A DNA stretch of 64,000 bases from Octopus sinensis (taxonomy: Eukaryota): the NCBI RefSeq assembly GCF_006345805.1, contig NC_042998.1:99758001-99822000 (forward strand), in the 5' to 3' direction. Below the pieces are notes generated by a model that saw only the letters and a program-made list of their open reading frames with translations, did not search any database and was not told the DNA's origin. Positions 24,541-38,254 of this stretch are shown piece by piece (the first letter of the stretch is position 1; the number at the start of each line of letters is the position of its first letter). The translations under genes were made by a program, and so were the position numbers.

Positions 24541-26848
24541 GTGAGCATCCCTCTGTCTCTCTCACTCTCTCTCTCTCTTCATTTTCATTATTTTAACAAA
24601 GACTTGGACTTTCAGCTCATGTAATTGCAATTTGAAGAGAAATTCCAATAATAATAAAAAAAGATAACAAAATTTTTTTTAAATGTGTTAGACAGATGAT
24701 TGTTTTGCTCTTTTCATTATTTTCCTAATTATTTCTTTTAAAAAGAAAACCAAAGTTCTTTTTATCGTTTGTATGGCGTCACTGAAACCGATCCTACTCT
24801 AAAGAAACAAACAACTTTGAGCAACTCTGTAAATAATTGATATTTTCTTTTAGTTAACTTCGATTTAATTTTCAGCTAAAATGAATGCAATTAAAATATT
24901 TCTTAATAAAACGTCTCCAAGATATTCGATGCGATTCACTAAGTTAGATATTAGTCTATAGAAAAAAAAATAAAGATTAAATTTAGATACTGCGTGTTGT
25001 GAACATTTCTCAGAAACAAACGAGGACAAAATATTTTGAAGAAGGAAAAATAAAGCAATTTCACACAAAAGCTCTAGATTTTCGAGAAAGGGAAGAAAAT
25101 TTCATGTCGTGACGTTTATGCTGTTCTTAAATGTATTAACAGTGTTAGAGTTACGTTACTGTAAATCGAAATAGAGTAGCGACTCACCAGAATCCATTGC
25201 CTCTTATTTTGAGCAAGAGTCAATGAAAAAGTTTCTGACATGGTCGCTTGCCCCGCTAAAAATAGGAGCCAAATCTCATTCAGATCACATTCTTGCCATT
25301 TTTTCAATAAGAAGATGCGTGCATTAATGTAGTCCTACATAAACTCTAAGAAAAAGCGGTGTGGTTATGAATGGAACGCTATTGATCGAGGTCTGCCCTG
25401 ACTGTAGTGATATTCGTGTATCTCTAACTGAACGAAGAAATATTGATTAATTTTAAATCATCACAAAGCAAATTTCTGTAAGATAGAGGCATAATATATG
25501 ACTGCTACTTATTCTGATATTCTCGGTAGAACATTAAAAGCAAGGTCTACTTTATTAAGATTTTATGATAACAATAGAATGAAGACACAGGGATATAACT
25601 CAATACAGTACAGCTTTTGTCCAGCAGTCTAGTGTTTTGTTTTTAGTTTTCTTTGCTAATATTTCAACAAATATGTTTTGTTTTTAAATCAATGCAGAAA
25701 TATTAACCTAATTGGCTCATAGTGAAAACATCGTTTCATAGCGATTTCCTCTTTAGTAAACAATCTCCTCTTTCCTAATTATCACAAAATTGCTTAGATG
25801 AAATCCTCTCCACAGGCCAATTGAATTTTATTGGTTTGATAACGCGGGATTGGGACTGAAAATGGTTTTAAATCGAAATTCTTTATGCTACTTTTTACAT
25901 CAAGCTAATTTTATTTTCATCCAGTAGATTTTGAATGACGAGTTCCATATCTTGCTGGATCACTATGGGTAATTTTGAAGACCTCGACTTCATGCAGAGT
26001 GCAATTCATGCTACATAATCCACCTCGTATTAATTAATTTATGAACAGGGTTTGAAACCAGTAGTTCGAGGTGAATACTAGTCAATTATATAGTCACCTT
26101 TTCCTTTATAGCAATGAGATATATCTATTAGGATTAACAAATAATTCCAATAAATACAGTTAATATGAAATATTTATTGGGTGGAAATAGATCTCTTTCA
26201 TAGTAGAGGTACCACTGAAGATTTTGTTTTCATATTGGGTAGCTAATCCTTTTGGTAACATTCAATCCTTTCCAAACTATGCATACTGGAAGGGCTGACC
26301 GAATGAAACACACTAATTTTATGTTAACATTGCTCAGTGGGACGAACTCTATGACTGTGATATTTATAGGTCAGTGGACTGGACTTTTAAGAGTTAAGTG
26401 ATTGGCTATTGACATAGAGCAGCATCCGTAAAACAACTCAGACTGTGGACCCTTCAGTTATTAATTTGACTTCTTTTCCAAATCGGACGCCTATCAACCG
26501 TAAAATTAGATTGTCAAAACATAAACATGAGTATGTTAAGTGTCGTACGTCATTCAAAATTTGAGTGTCATAAATATGATTTTATTCCATAGCTCTTGTT
26601 TGTAGCGTAAGCACCAGACTTTTACATACTATTGACTATATTTGAAACTAAAAGTAGAATATTTTCCAACATTCACAAATACAAAAAATAGTTGGTCTCT
26701 AAACTGCAAAACAAAACAAAAGATAAATACAAGCCGCCAGTTATTTATTTATTTATTTTTTCTAAAACACCCACAGCTCATAAATATTTAAAAAATACAA
26801 TAGCGCTTAATGATATTAAAGTAATGTTTTGTTGGTATTGTTTAACAG

Positions 26849-27061
26849 GAGGTCGCCATAAGAAAACAATCAACACTAGTTTGTATGAATGCCTCGATTA
26901 TATGCAACAGTTTAGTTCACAGTGTGTTGTATCAGAGAGCTGCCAAGAATCTCATTTCCAGACGACTGGGTGTGGTGTCGGTGTCCGGTCTCCGACACTA
27001 CGCTGCACACTTGGTCGAGATACCTAACATTTACGGCCCAGTCTATCTAGCTGTAAATCAG
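26849..27061 (+). CDS. Candidate coding exon, product unknown
   Basis: Acceptor tgttttgttggtattgtttaacag|GAG. Phase-0 frame open for 71 codons (EVAIRKQSTLVCM...LRHYAAHLVEIPNIYGPVYLAVNQ); a second frame is also open. GC-rich island with no TE motif found on either strand. Confidence 0.35.
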
Positions 27062-28561
27062 TAACATATGATTGACGCTACAGGGTGTGTTGCCATGCTC
27101 AACCTACTACTCTGGCATGAACATAATTCAAAAATAAACTTTAAACTATTTCTGTATATAGAATACGACTTCAGCCTGACTTAATCGTTGTTTCTTAGTG
27201 TGCAATATTAAATTTGAAAGTAAATTACGACCAGATTATATTATATTGCAAAAAGAGAATTATTAAAACACAAATTTTCCATTTTTGGTAAATGTGCGGC
27301 GCTCGTCTAGTCCAAATGTATACGCCCTTGCAGTAAAATAGGTAACATTAACCTAGTATAACTCTTTAATGTTAAGGTCACGTAATAAAAAATGAATGCT
27401 TTCTGGAAACCTATTCCTTTGTACACTTTGCAGAAAGTTCTATAGACATTTCATTCTTTGTATCACTACAACTTCTCCATATTTTGATAATGATCCTATC
27501 ATTTCACTTATCTGTCTTGGCACCTTATGGATAATTCGATAGAGTACAGGAAGAACAGCTGAGTAACTGTGGTTCATAGCCCATAATCTCCACTGCATTA
27601 TAACTGCATAGATTCAAGTTGATCCGTATTGTTTTAGTAAAACTGACAGACGGAAGCTGACCCAATGCACATTTTATATTATATACAAACTAAGGTGTTA
27701 AAAATTGCAGCCAAATTTCTCTTAAATCAAAACCGACAAAAAAAAAAACAGAAAAAGAAAAATATTCGATAAATGTATTAGTCCTGCATGCACTTTTTCT
27801 GAAACAGATTAGACAGTCACGGCTGGAATGCTTGTGATCACAGGTTTGCTCGACAATAACCAACCTCGAGCTAAACAATAACAACGTTAGCATTAAAGAC
27901 GTAATAAACTGAAGCATTAAACTGTATGACTCGTAAATTTGAGTCACGGTTTGCAGTAGATATTTATCTGAAGATACAAACAGAGTAGTTTGTGGAGAGA
28001 TTTAATGTTTCAGCTATTAACCCAATAAAATGTTTTGCAGCATTACTGATTCATGTCACCAACATTCTCTGATTACAAAAACACGGATTATTAACGATTA
28101 TTAGCATTTTCCTAATTAGATACGAAGGTTTTGGCAAAATAAAGTTAAGTATCGTGGGCAGGAACACAACCTAGTATAATGCTTGTTTGTTATTTAACCA
28201 GAAGTGTGCTGTGTTATATTATATTCACATCACCAGCAATAAATAAATGTTATGAATAATACTACAGTATTCCTCGAATTTACAAGGAAGAAGAATATTC
28301 GCTTTTCATGCTTTGCTCAAGAACATTAATAACTTAACTAAAGAGAAATATGTGTTACTGGGAATCTAAATCTACTCGTGTGTGTGTGTGTGTGTGTGTG
28401 TACGTGTGTACGTGTATATGTGTGTATATGCGTGTAACAACAAGATATGTGACACAAGCCCACAAATGTGGCAGGAAGGAATATTTGTGATTGAATTTCT
28501 GGCATCTATTCAGGCCCGTCGCCAGACTTTTTGTGTCTGGCGATGCTTCAGAATATTCTGT

Positions 28562-28814
28562 TTGTTCCTTCTCGAGTCACGCCCGGCCCTTAGGGCCGGT
28601 TTCACGGTTTCCTTGGCGTATAGGTTCCCCACCTGGACGGGACGCCGGTCCGTCGCAAGCGAGCTGCTAGATGCAGGAGGAAAGAGTGAGAGAAAGTTGT
28701 GGCGAAAAAGTCAGCAGAAGTTCGCCATTACCTTCTGCCGGAGCCGCGTGGAGCCCAGGTGTTTCGCTCACCAACACACACATCGCCCGGTCTGAGATTC
28801 GAACCCGCGATCCC
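28562..28814 (-). mobile_element. SINE-C (middle M1, tail T2), 5'-truncated, with 14-bp TSD
   Basis: TSD TCAGAATATTCTGT at 28548-28561 and 28815-28828. Matches 56820-57120 but lacks the A-box. Confidence 0.9.
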
Positions 28815-29072
28815 TCAGAATATTCTGTGTGAGCACTAATTTGTATTGCGAGAAGATTTTTGTAAACTCTATTTTCTAAATCTGAAAGTGCGCCATTGTA
28901 TATTGAGGGGTCATTGCCGTCTAGTGCAGCCCCTTAATGATGGTCGTGTATGTATTTTATCGACCACAAAGTGAGGTAAAATGAATTCTGCTTCGACAGG
29001 GTTGTGAGCGCTCAGCATGTAAAGGGACGTATCTAAATACTGTAAGATACATACTCAAAAGGTCCTGTCACT

Positions 29073-30088
29073 CATTATTATTACTGTTATTATTATTCAG
29101 TAGTTTTATTTTTATAGCGTGCTTTCACTTCACTACCGAGCGCAGCTCTGTGTGCCTTGGGTATGTGCTGTGATTTGTTGTGATGCTCTGATGGTTATTG
29201 TACGGAAAGTGTTCTGCGTAGGATGTGTGCAGTGCCTAGTAGTGCAATTTTCTGTATGTTATATGTGTTTGTAAGTCCTGGTGTTTTTGTTATGTATTTG
29301 TCTGAATATTTTTTTATCATGCCTAATGCACCTACTATGATAGGAATTGTTTCTGTTTTCAGGTTACACATTCTAGTTACCTCTATTTCCAGGTCTTTGT
29401 ATTTTGAGAGTTTCTCCATTTCTTTTAGAGACACGTTGTCATCTGCCGGTATTGATACATCAATTAGAACGCATTTTTTTTCTTCATGATCTCTGACAAC
29501 TATATCTGGTCTGTTGGCCTTAATTTCTCTATCTGTGTGTATCGGCATATCCCAGAGTATGGTTGCTTTCTCGTTTTCTGTGACCTTTTCTGGTGTGTGC
29601 CTATACCATCTTTTTTCTGTTGTTATTCCATAATGTTGGCATAGCTTCCAATGTATGTAGGTTCCAACTCTGTCATGTCTGTGAATATATTCCTTCTTAG
29701 CCAGGACTGGGCAGCTAGAAATAATATGATTTATTGTTTCTTGTCCATCTCCACATATTCTGCAGTTACTTGTAATATTTCTTTTCATTACATGTTTTTG
29801 GTAATTTCTGGTGGGGAGGCTTTGGTCTTGTGCTGCAATTAAAAATCCCTCTGTTTCTGCTTTGAGTCCTGAGCTTCTCAACCATTGCTGGGATTTTTCT
29901 TTGTCTATTTCTTTTGCGTTTAGTTTAGTGCAGTATTTACTATGAAGGGTCTTTTCTTGCCATCGTTTTATCATGGCTCGTTGCTGTTCTATTTTTAGTT
30001 TGGATTTCATTTGTTTTATAGCTTTTGTTGTTTCTTTATCATCTTCTTCTTCTTCTTTGTTTATTAGGTGGTATGATTTCTTGTTTGT

Positions 30089-30094
<6 letters not shown>
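29073..30094 (-). mobile_element. R4/Dong-clade non-LTR retrotransposon, 5'-truncated: CCHC knuckle plus restriction-like endonuclease
   Basis: Uninterrupted ORF 29195-30010, open back to ~30094: CRICGDGQETINHIISSC (CCHC), RHD, NRPDIVV...IDVSIP...EKLSKY (PD-(D/E)xK RLE). (TAA)n on both sides. Confidence 0.9.
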
Positions 30095-30122
<28 letters not shown>

Positions 30123-31129
30123 GTTGTTGTTGTTGTTGTTGTTGATATTATTTCGTTCCCATTTCTACTGGCCAGAAATTTGCACGGATTAGGTGTCGTT
30201 CATTGAGAGTTATTTGGTTTTTATTTGATAAACCTGAAGGACACGCAGCCGTTTCTGGCATTTCTCTACCGTCATTTATTTATTGATTGTTATTTATTAG
30301 TATCATGGGACACAAACTGTAGAAGAAGACATAATTGATTGACTAATTCCAGACTTATTTCATCGTCACAAGGAGAATCACTGGGATTTGAACTCAGCAC
30401 ATAAAGAAACGTAACTTATAATGGTATTTTTTTTAATTGACTGTACATCTCCACCGAGGAAAATGTTCTAGTTTTTTTCCAATAGACTGTATACCTTCCC
30501 ATTCGAAAATTGTTTTTGTTCTTTCCAATAAACTATTTACTTCTGCAATAATTAGTCTCGTTGAGCCATAATTGGTCTAGTCAATGGTCGATCTCTCAAA
30601 TTATGCTCCGTGTGTTTGGAGCTTCGTTACTAATTGTATGTAGTGTAACAACATACACTGCATTCACACACCACATTTACACACACACACACATACATAC
30701 AGAGAAATATACACGTACACATTCAGATACACAATAAAATATTTACATGCATAATTAGTCATTGCTTGTCCTCAAATTGAATCAATTCTGGATGACCGAT
30801 ATATCACTGTATAACAAGGGCTTATATTTTCGCCACATCTCAAATGTTCCATTTGTATGTAGCATATCTCTTAGTAATTGTTCCTTTGCACCGGCATAAA
30901 TCTACTTTTGTTATACAGTTTTCGTTGTAGCTCGCAGGAATAGCAAGGAATGTTTGATTAGCCATATATAATGTATGCATGTGTGGTTGTGTGATTAAGA
31001 AGCTAACTACGCAACTCAGTGGTATCTGTAATTCCATTGCAAAGTACCTTCAGCAAGTGTGTTCTACCATGGTTTTTGTGCCTAATAACTCGTGAGTAGA
31101 ATTTAGTTTGTGGACATTGTGTAGAATCT

Positions 31130-31174
31130 ACACACAAACACGCACACACACACAAACACACACACAGAGACACA

Positions 31175-31240
<66 letters not shown>
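31130..31240. repeat. (CA)n microsatellite
   Basis: Direct reading. Confidence 0.97.
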
Positions 31241-31242
<2 letters not shown>

Positions 31243-32202
31243 TATGAATGAAAGCATGCATGTAGTGGCATTTATGTTTACATTTACACTGGTCTAAAAA
31301 AATGGTATTATGTTTGTGCAGTAACTTAGCGGTTCGACAGATGTAGATAAATAAAGGAATCACAGCAAAACGCAGCATCGTCCCAGAACATTCACAGTCC
31401 AATGAATGATAATAATAATAAGATGAAATAATGTAAGGATGGATGGATGTCTATGCAGCAAATTTCTCATGATAAAGGGAAGACGACATTTGTGACGCAT
31501 GCAAGTGAAGTGAAAAAGCGCGAACACGGCCATTCGCTAACCGCAGTAAGTGTTGAGCACTAACAGTAGATCAATTATGTAGTAATTATTACCGCAACGG
31601 ATGCATTTTCACCATGAGTTCAGAATATTTTTTACCAACATCTCAGATTCTGGCATTTACCAACAGGTACCACAGTTCTGAGCTGCAGTTATAGTTAGGC
31701 ACTGAAACAGATACAACGATTAACGACCTTCCATAGTCATAGTTTTGTGAGTTAGAACTTTTATAATAAACTATATTAACTAATTCTCTGATTAGTTTTC
31801 ATAAAAAGTACGTAGGAGAATATAAAATAATATTTGTAGATGCTCGTTAGTATGAAAGTACACTTTTATACAGAAACAATTGCATGGGATTAAAGGCAAT
31901 ACAAACTCATTTGCATGAGCGCACATACTATGCAAACCTATGTATATGCACATAAGCATTATTCCAATTCATCTATATGAACCTATACATGATAACATTT
32001 CTATAAAACTGCATTCCTATCTGTAATTAACAACATATCAACAACGAAATTTGAATCTGTTTTACATGTAAACATTAATCTTTTGTCGATCAGGCTTGTC
32101 ACATGTAAATTAATTTAACAAGTAGAAAATAAATAGATCCAAATGAATGTTTACAGGCCGATGTTTGTCGATTGATTATCCTCTCCATTTTCTTATTTGC
32201 CT

Positions 32203-32291
<89 letters not shown>

Positions 32292-32534
32292 CAAAGAGAC
32301 AAAATAAACTAGCAGTAATTTTTTTGCTAGTTTATTTTGTCTCTTTGTCTTCTCTCCTGGTGCTGTATGAACATTTAATGTGGTTTTAGAGTCAAGTTTT
32401 TGGCTGCTATATCTAGCATGGTAGTATCTCTTAGCTACCCTAAATTATAATTTTAATAATAATTATTACCTTTGAGGATTTTAATCCCCATGCTGGCCAC
32501 CTGATAAGATCGTCATTTTAAATAACGACCTTAT

Positions 32535-32573
<39 letters not shown>

Positions 32574-32588
32574 TATATATATATATAT

Positions 32589-32623
<35 letters not shown>

Positions 32624-32828
32624 AGCTATTTGCCAACATAATGTGGCTGTCTTGGAAGGGACGATGTTACTGTTGTTTAACCCAAGGAAACGTCGTTTCC
32701 AGCTGGCTGTACGACACAATATTTGTTTTCCAGGACAGTCACATTATGTTGGCAAATAGCCTTTACTTTAAAGAACTGTTACTGAATATCTCTCTTTGAG
32801 GATTTAGAAATAATGATATTTATATATA

Positions 32829-33061
32829 TTCTTTTATTTGTTTCCTTCATTTGACTGCGGTCATGTTGGAGCTTCGCCTTTAGTCGAGCAAATCGACGCC
32901 AGGACTTATTCTTTGCAAGCTTAGTACTTATTCTATCAGTCTCTTTGCCGCACCCCTAAGTTACGGGGGTATAAACACACCAGCATCGGTTGTCAAGCGA
33001 TGTTGGTGGTTGGGGGGACAAACACAGACATACAAACATATAACCACACATACACACACAA

Positions 33062-33117
<56 letters not shown>

Positions 33118-33279
33118 CGACGGGCTTCTTTCAGTTTCTGTCTACCAAATCCACTTCCAAGGCTTTGGTCGGCCCAAGGCTATAGCAGAAGACATTTGCC
33201 CAATGTGCCACGCAGTGAGACTGAACCTGGAACCATGTGGTTGGTAAACAAGCTACTTACCACACAGCCACTCCTGCGC

Positions 33280-33281
<2 letters not shown>
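32829..33281 (-). mobile_element. SINE-B, full length, with ~100-bp internal (TA)/(TG) microsatellite
   Basis: Head at 33281 (rc GGCGCAGGAGTGGCTGTGTGG), 3' half at 32829-33040. Confidence 0.9.
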
Positions 33282-33359
<78 letters not shown>

Positions 33360-33360
33360 G

Positions 33361-34820
33361 TAGTTTCAGCTCAGGGCTGCGCCATGCTGGGGCACCGCTG
33401 TTTTGCTACACTGTTATTATTGAAAGCCTCCTCTAATGTGTGACATTTGGTGAATAAGGGAGTTTGATGTTGCTATCCTCATATGTGCCTCTTGCTGCGG
33501 GGTAGGTTCATCTGAGACTCTCGACAAGAAGAGGTCCAGTTTTTATTTGAAAATACCTACATCCACTTTGTGTAGATCCCTCAGACTCTTTGGGAGATTA
33601 TTAAAACTGTGGGACCGGTTACTGTTGCAGTAAACGGTCCTGAAGCGTGATGACATTGCTGGTATATGTGGCATTGTGCAGTGTCGGCCTGTTCTAGCAT
33701 TGGGGTAGCTTTCAATGCCAAAATTTGGCACAATTCCTTCCAGGATCTTCCAGATGTATATTACAGCATACCTCTCCCGCCTTTGCTCCAGGGAGTAGAG
33801 TTTTAACTGTTTCAGCCTTTCCCAGTAGTTGAGCTGTTGCAACGAGACGATCTTCTTTGTGAAGTTTCGCTGGATTGTTTCAAGGTCCGCTGTTAATTTT
33901 ACACTGTTGGGTGACCATAGCTGGGAGCAGTAATCCAGGCGGCTGAGGGCGAATGTCCTTCAGAGGACCATCATGTTTTCTTTCTCTCTGGTTCTGAACG
34001 TTCTCAGGATCCAGCCAGCCAATCGTCTGCACTTTGTCGCCACCCTGGTAATGTGCCCTTGGAAAGAGGTATCATCACTCATGCCGATACCCAGGTCCCT
34101 CACTGATTTAGGCTCTGGGATTGTAATCACCTGTGGACCAGTGTATCCTGTAAGTTTTATATTCAGTTTTGGACGCTGGTAGCGCAGGGCTAGGAATTTT
34201 TCAGCATTAAACTACATATTATTGTCCTCAGCCCATATGTAAATTGAGTCCAACTCCTGCTGCAGGTGAGCAACATCGCTGGGGTTCTGTATTTTCTGAG
34301 GGCATATCTGAGAAAGTCACTATGAAAACATATCTGAGTAGGCCACTATGAAAAGTAGTTATCCCAAGGCAGTGCTCTGTGAGACACCGCTCACTATTTG
34401 TGTTTTCTTTGAAGTCGCTCCAATGGCCACCACTGCCTGACTTCTTTCTTTCAGAAAGTCATGTAACCATTCTCCAAGTCTTCCAGCTATGCCAAGATCA
34501 CGCAGTTTATGGCATATCATACCATGGTCCACTTTATCAAAAGCTTTGCAAAGTCAAGATATATTACGTCCACATTTGAGTTGTTGTGTGTCTGCGTCAA
34601 CACCCAGTCATAGTGCTGGGTCAAGCAGCACCTACCTGGTCGAACACCATTGCTGGGTATCACTCAGCAAGTCGTTTTCTTCAAGGAATGTGATTAGTTT
34701 CCCTCTGACTCTCCATTCCATGACTTTGCTGATGTGCTAAGTCAGAGAGATAGACCAATAGCTTTTGGCATCTGCTCTGCTTCCTCCTTTATGGATTGGG
34801 CATATTATTCCCTCCTTCAT
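33361..34820 (-). mobile_element. CR1-group LINE, 5'-truncated, degenerate RT to 3' UTR
   Basis: PIHKGGSRADAKSY, VDVIYLDFAK-AFDKVDH, YWERLKQLKLYSLEQRRERY, TSNSLIHQ...*; several stops, frameshifts and deletions. Confidence 0.9.
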
Positions 34821-34909
34821 TATATATACATACCGATGCTTTCTAAGTGGAATCTGGTAGAAGAAAAATGCGCTAAAAAGCCCGTTTTGTGTGTGTGTGT
34901 GTGTGTGTG

Positions 34910-35125
34910 TACGAGCTGGTGCTGAAAAGTTCCTGGCTTTGAGTAAGAGAAAATACAGGAGAACCAGTTAATTATGATTTTAATCAACATAGTCCACTCT
35001 CAGATTCACACACTTATTGTAGTAGTCCTTCGGTTTTTCTAAGCCCTGTAAAAGAACTCGGAAGGTTGGGCCTCCAACCAGGCCTTTTGTGATACGCCTT
35101 AAAGTCGGGAACTTTTCAGTACCCC

Positions 35126-35129
<4 letters not shown>
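34910..35129. mobile_element. Tc1/mariner-type MITE, copy 2
   Basis: TACGAGCTGGTGCTGAAAAGTTCCTGGCTTT ... AAAGTCGGGAACTTTTCAGTACCCC; both flanks are (GT)n. Confidence 0.8.
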
Positions 35130-35180
<51 letters not shown>

Positions 35181-36699
35181 AATATATATGATGTTTTAAA
35201 GCTTTTGTCTTTGTTTAAGCGCTGTTTTCTTTTCTCCAATAATCAACTAGAATATGGGATAAATATTACCAGACTGAAATAAATATCGGTGTCAATATAA
35301 TGGACTAAAATCGTTGAAGGTGTTGCTCAAGCATGGCCGCAAACCAGTCAATGGAAAACGCACATATATGTGAATGTGTCTTTATGTTTATACTTATGTG
35401 TGTGCGTGTGTGTGTGTGTAAATATACCATTTTCATGACCATCCACTCTTTCTGTATATATATATTTATATTCCCTAACTTTTGTTTATGCTATTCTATC
35501 CAATCGTTATTAATTGTATATACATACTTTGCTGTTGCTGTATTTGTGCTTCTATTTTGAATCCCTCCTCTCCGTTTATTATTCTGCTCACTTTTACCTT
35601 TCGTACTATCAACTGTATTTTCTTTCGATTTGTGTTATTCATATCATCCCTCACATCTCTTCCAGCTTCTCAGTCGTTCCTCTACAATCAGGCTACCGTT
35701 TTTTTCACTCTTCGATGTTCATAAAGATGGCAATTATAGCTCCGTTTCTCATATCTCTTCGCAAATGATTTGTTGTCGTTTTTCTGTTTTAGTGTGAGTC
35801 GATGTAACGAAAGTTTCATTTAACAAACATCTATCCGAGAAGATGTCTACCTGACTTCTCCGTTGAACACTTCATTTATGTAATTATCTACTACTTTTTC
35901 GTATTACAGTATAGTGTCATATTGGAAACGTGGATCTCTACTGTTGAGATCATGAAATCTGAAGAATGGTCAGCAGATATATACCAAGAGGAACTAGAAA
36001 TGTGCTTCTTGAATAAAGATTATGGAACATCAGAATTTACCAAGGACCAGAGAACTTAACATATACATCAAACAAGTCTGATTTTCATGTTCTGTTTGTC
36101 AGTCATGATTCTAAGATTTTAATCGCATTAAGTGCTTTAACAACTAAGCAAGTTATTCGCTGCTCCATCAGAAACAGTAAGCATTTATTAGGGAATAATA
36201 ATATGGAATTGCATGAATCTGAGCAATCGAAAGCTGTGATAGAAGATGTATGATATTCTTTGATCTGATTGAAATGTTGCTTTGTATGCAATATGTTATA
36301 ATTGCTTTTCTTTGTGGCGGGCGATGAAATATATATTCGTTTCCTTTGAATAAACCTCTAGTTGATATTTTCTTTGTATAGAAGGAGTACATTCTATAAT
36401 AACTATTTCAAAAGAAATAGTAGCTAATCTTATCTTAAACAATACCTTACTGTCTTAAAAAATAAGAATTTATTTGATTCTGAAATTCTTGATATTAGAA
36501 AATGTGGAATGGAACGCTTGTGATCGTAAAATCTGCTCGACCAAGGCTACCATGTGACAAACATAAACAAAACAGCAAGTAGTAATTAACAAGTCAAAAA
36601 GAGAGTCTCTACATAAGCAAGATGTAACAATAAAATCTTCCTTAAACATCACAAGGTACTTCATTTTACTTTGCTCCAAACTACTCAGCTGTGATGAGT

Positions 36700-36868
36700 A
36701 CCAACCAAGGTGTTCGTGCCGCCATCACTCCCTCCAGCTGTCACATCCTGGATATTCTGCTGGACCAAGAATGGGCCCAAGTGTGTGTCTATGTGTGCTC
36801 GCGACTTCATAGGCATCTCAAACAATTAGCAAAAACATAGTACATAGTAGTAATATATATAATTTGTG

Positions 36869-36936
<68 letters not shown>

Positions 36937-37770
36937 TGTGTGTGTGTGTGTGCTGAAGACTTGCGCACAATTTCATCTTCCAAATTCACTACAACATCCC
37001 TGTGAGTCTGAATCTGCAGCGTGTTCGTAAGAAATTAAATGTTGAAGAGTCGAGTGACCCTTCTCTGGATGCAGTTCAGGATATCTGGTAGTGTAGCAGA
37101 GGCACTATCCCAGATGTAGGAGAAGTACTCCACTCTGAGACTCACCTGAAGCTCGTTAAGTGTTAGCATCTTTTGGCTTCGAAGAAAGTGGGAGTCTTTT
37201 GTATACAGTTCTACCTAAACCAAAGATGACATTTCGCCTTGAGTGAATTTTCGGTGATAATGTAACTCAGCATTTGGAAGGACCATAAAGGCTCAAGCTG
37301 AATGACGCTCATGTTTAAAGGGGTTGCACTGATGTTATGTGACATGAGTAAAATCGAATAAAAGAGATGAGGTTGGCATGATCCCACTGACGAATGCTAT
37401 CAATGTCTCTTTTTATGGAATCAAAGCAGGTTTAATGCGTGTTATTTAGTTTGCAAGTGTATGAAACATGGCTGGAGAAAGTTAAAGAGAAATGAAAGGT
37501 CGTTTAATCTGCATAGATATTGGCGTTGTTGGAGGTGGTGACAAATAAGTCACTGGTATTCAAAAAGAAGAGAGAGAGAGAGAAACGAAAGTGAACCCAG
37601 AAGAAAACCAGAGTTGAGTGAGAGTCGAGCAGAAAGAACTCCGTCAACCCATTATGCGATGGTGCAATCGGATAGGAAGTTACTAATTCGAGAGAGGAGA
37701 GATGGATGAAGCTCGTAACCAGGAATCTTCCTCAGGAATTGCATGACAGATATGGTTGAAGGCTTTTCTT
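36700..37770 (-). mobile_element. Degenerate LINE RT relic (same family as 2150-2760)
   Basis: Minus strand KAFNHICH...LRKIPGYELHPSLLSRISNFLSDCTIA*WVDGVLS and VEYFSYIWDSASAT...CIQRRVTRL. Confidence 0.65.
36866..36952. repeat. (GCGT)n tetranucleotide plus (GT)n
   Basis: Direct reading. Confidence 0.95.
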
Positions 37771-38012
37771 ATATGTACACGTATACACAAATATATTGTA
37801 TATATTTGTATGTGTATGTATTTGTATATGCGCGCGCGCGTATATATATATACGAAACAGAAAAAGGGAGAGAGGGGAAGAAGGAAAATATACGCACGTG
37901 TGTAAATATGTATATATTTGTATATGCATAAATATGTATATATGCAAATGTATGTGTATGTATGTATGTATGTATGTATGTATGTATGTATGTATGTATG
38001 TATGCACATATA

Positions 38013-38200
38013 CACGAGGGGCTGCAGAACAGTTTCTGGCTTTGGGTAAAAGAAGAGAAGGAGGATCAGTTAATTATGATTTTATTCAACATATTCCACT
38101 CTCAGATTCACATACTTACTGCGGTGGTCCTTCGGTTTTTCTAAGCCCTGTAAAAGAACTCGGAAGTTTGGGCCTCCAAACAGACCCTTCGCGATACCCC
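38013..38200. mobile_element. Tc1/mariner-type MITE, copy 3 (right TIR missing)
   Basis: CACGAGGGGCTGCAGAACAGTTTCTGGCTTTGGGTAAAAG and shared interior. Confidence 0.75.
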
Positions 38201-38211
38201 TGTTTGTGTGA

Positions 38212-38254
<43 letters not shown>

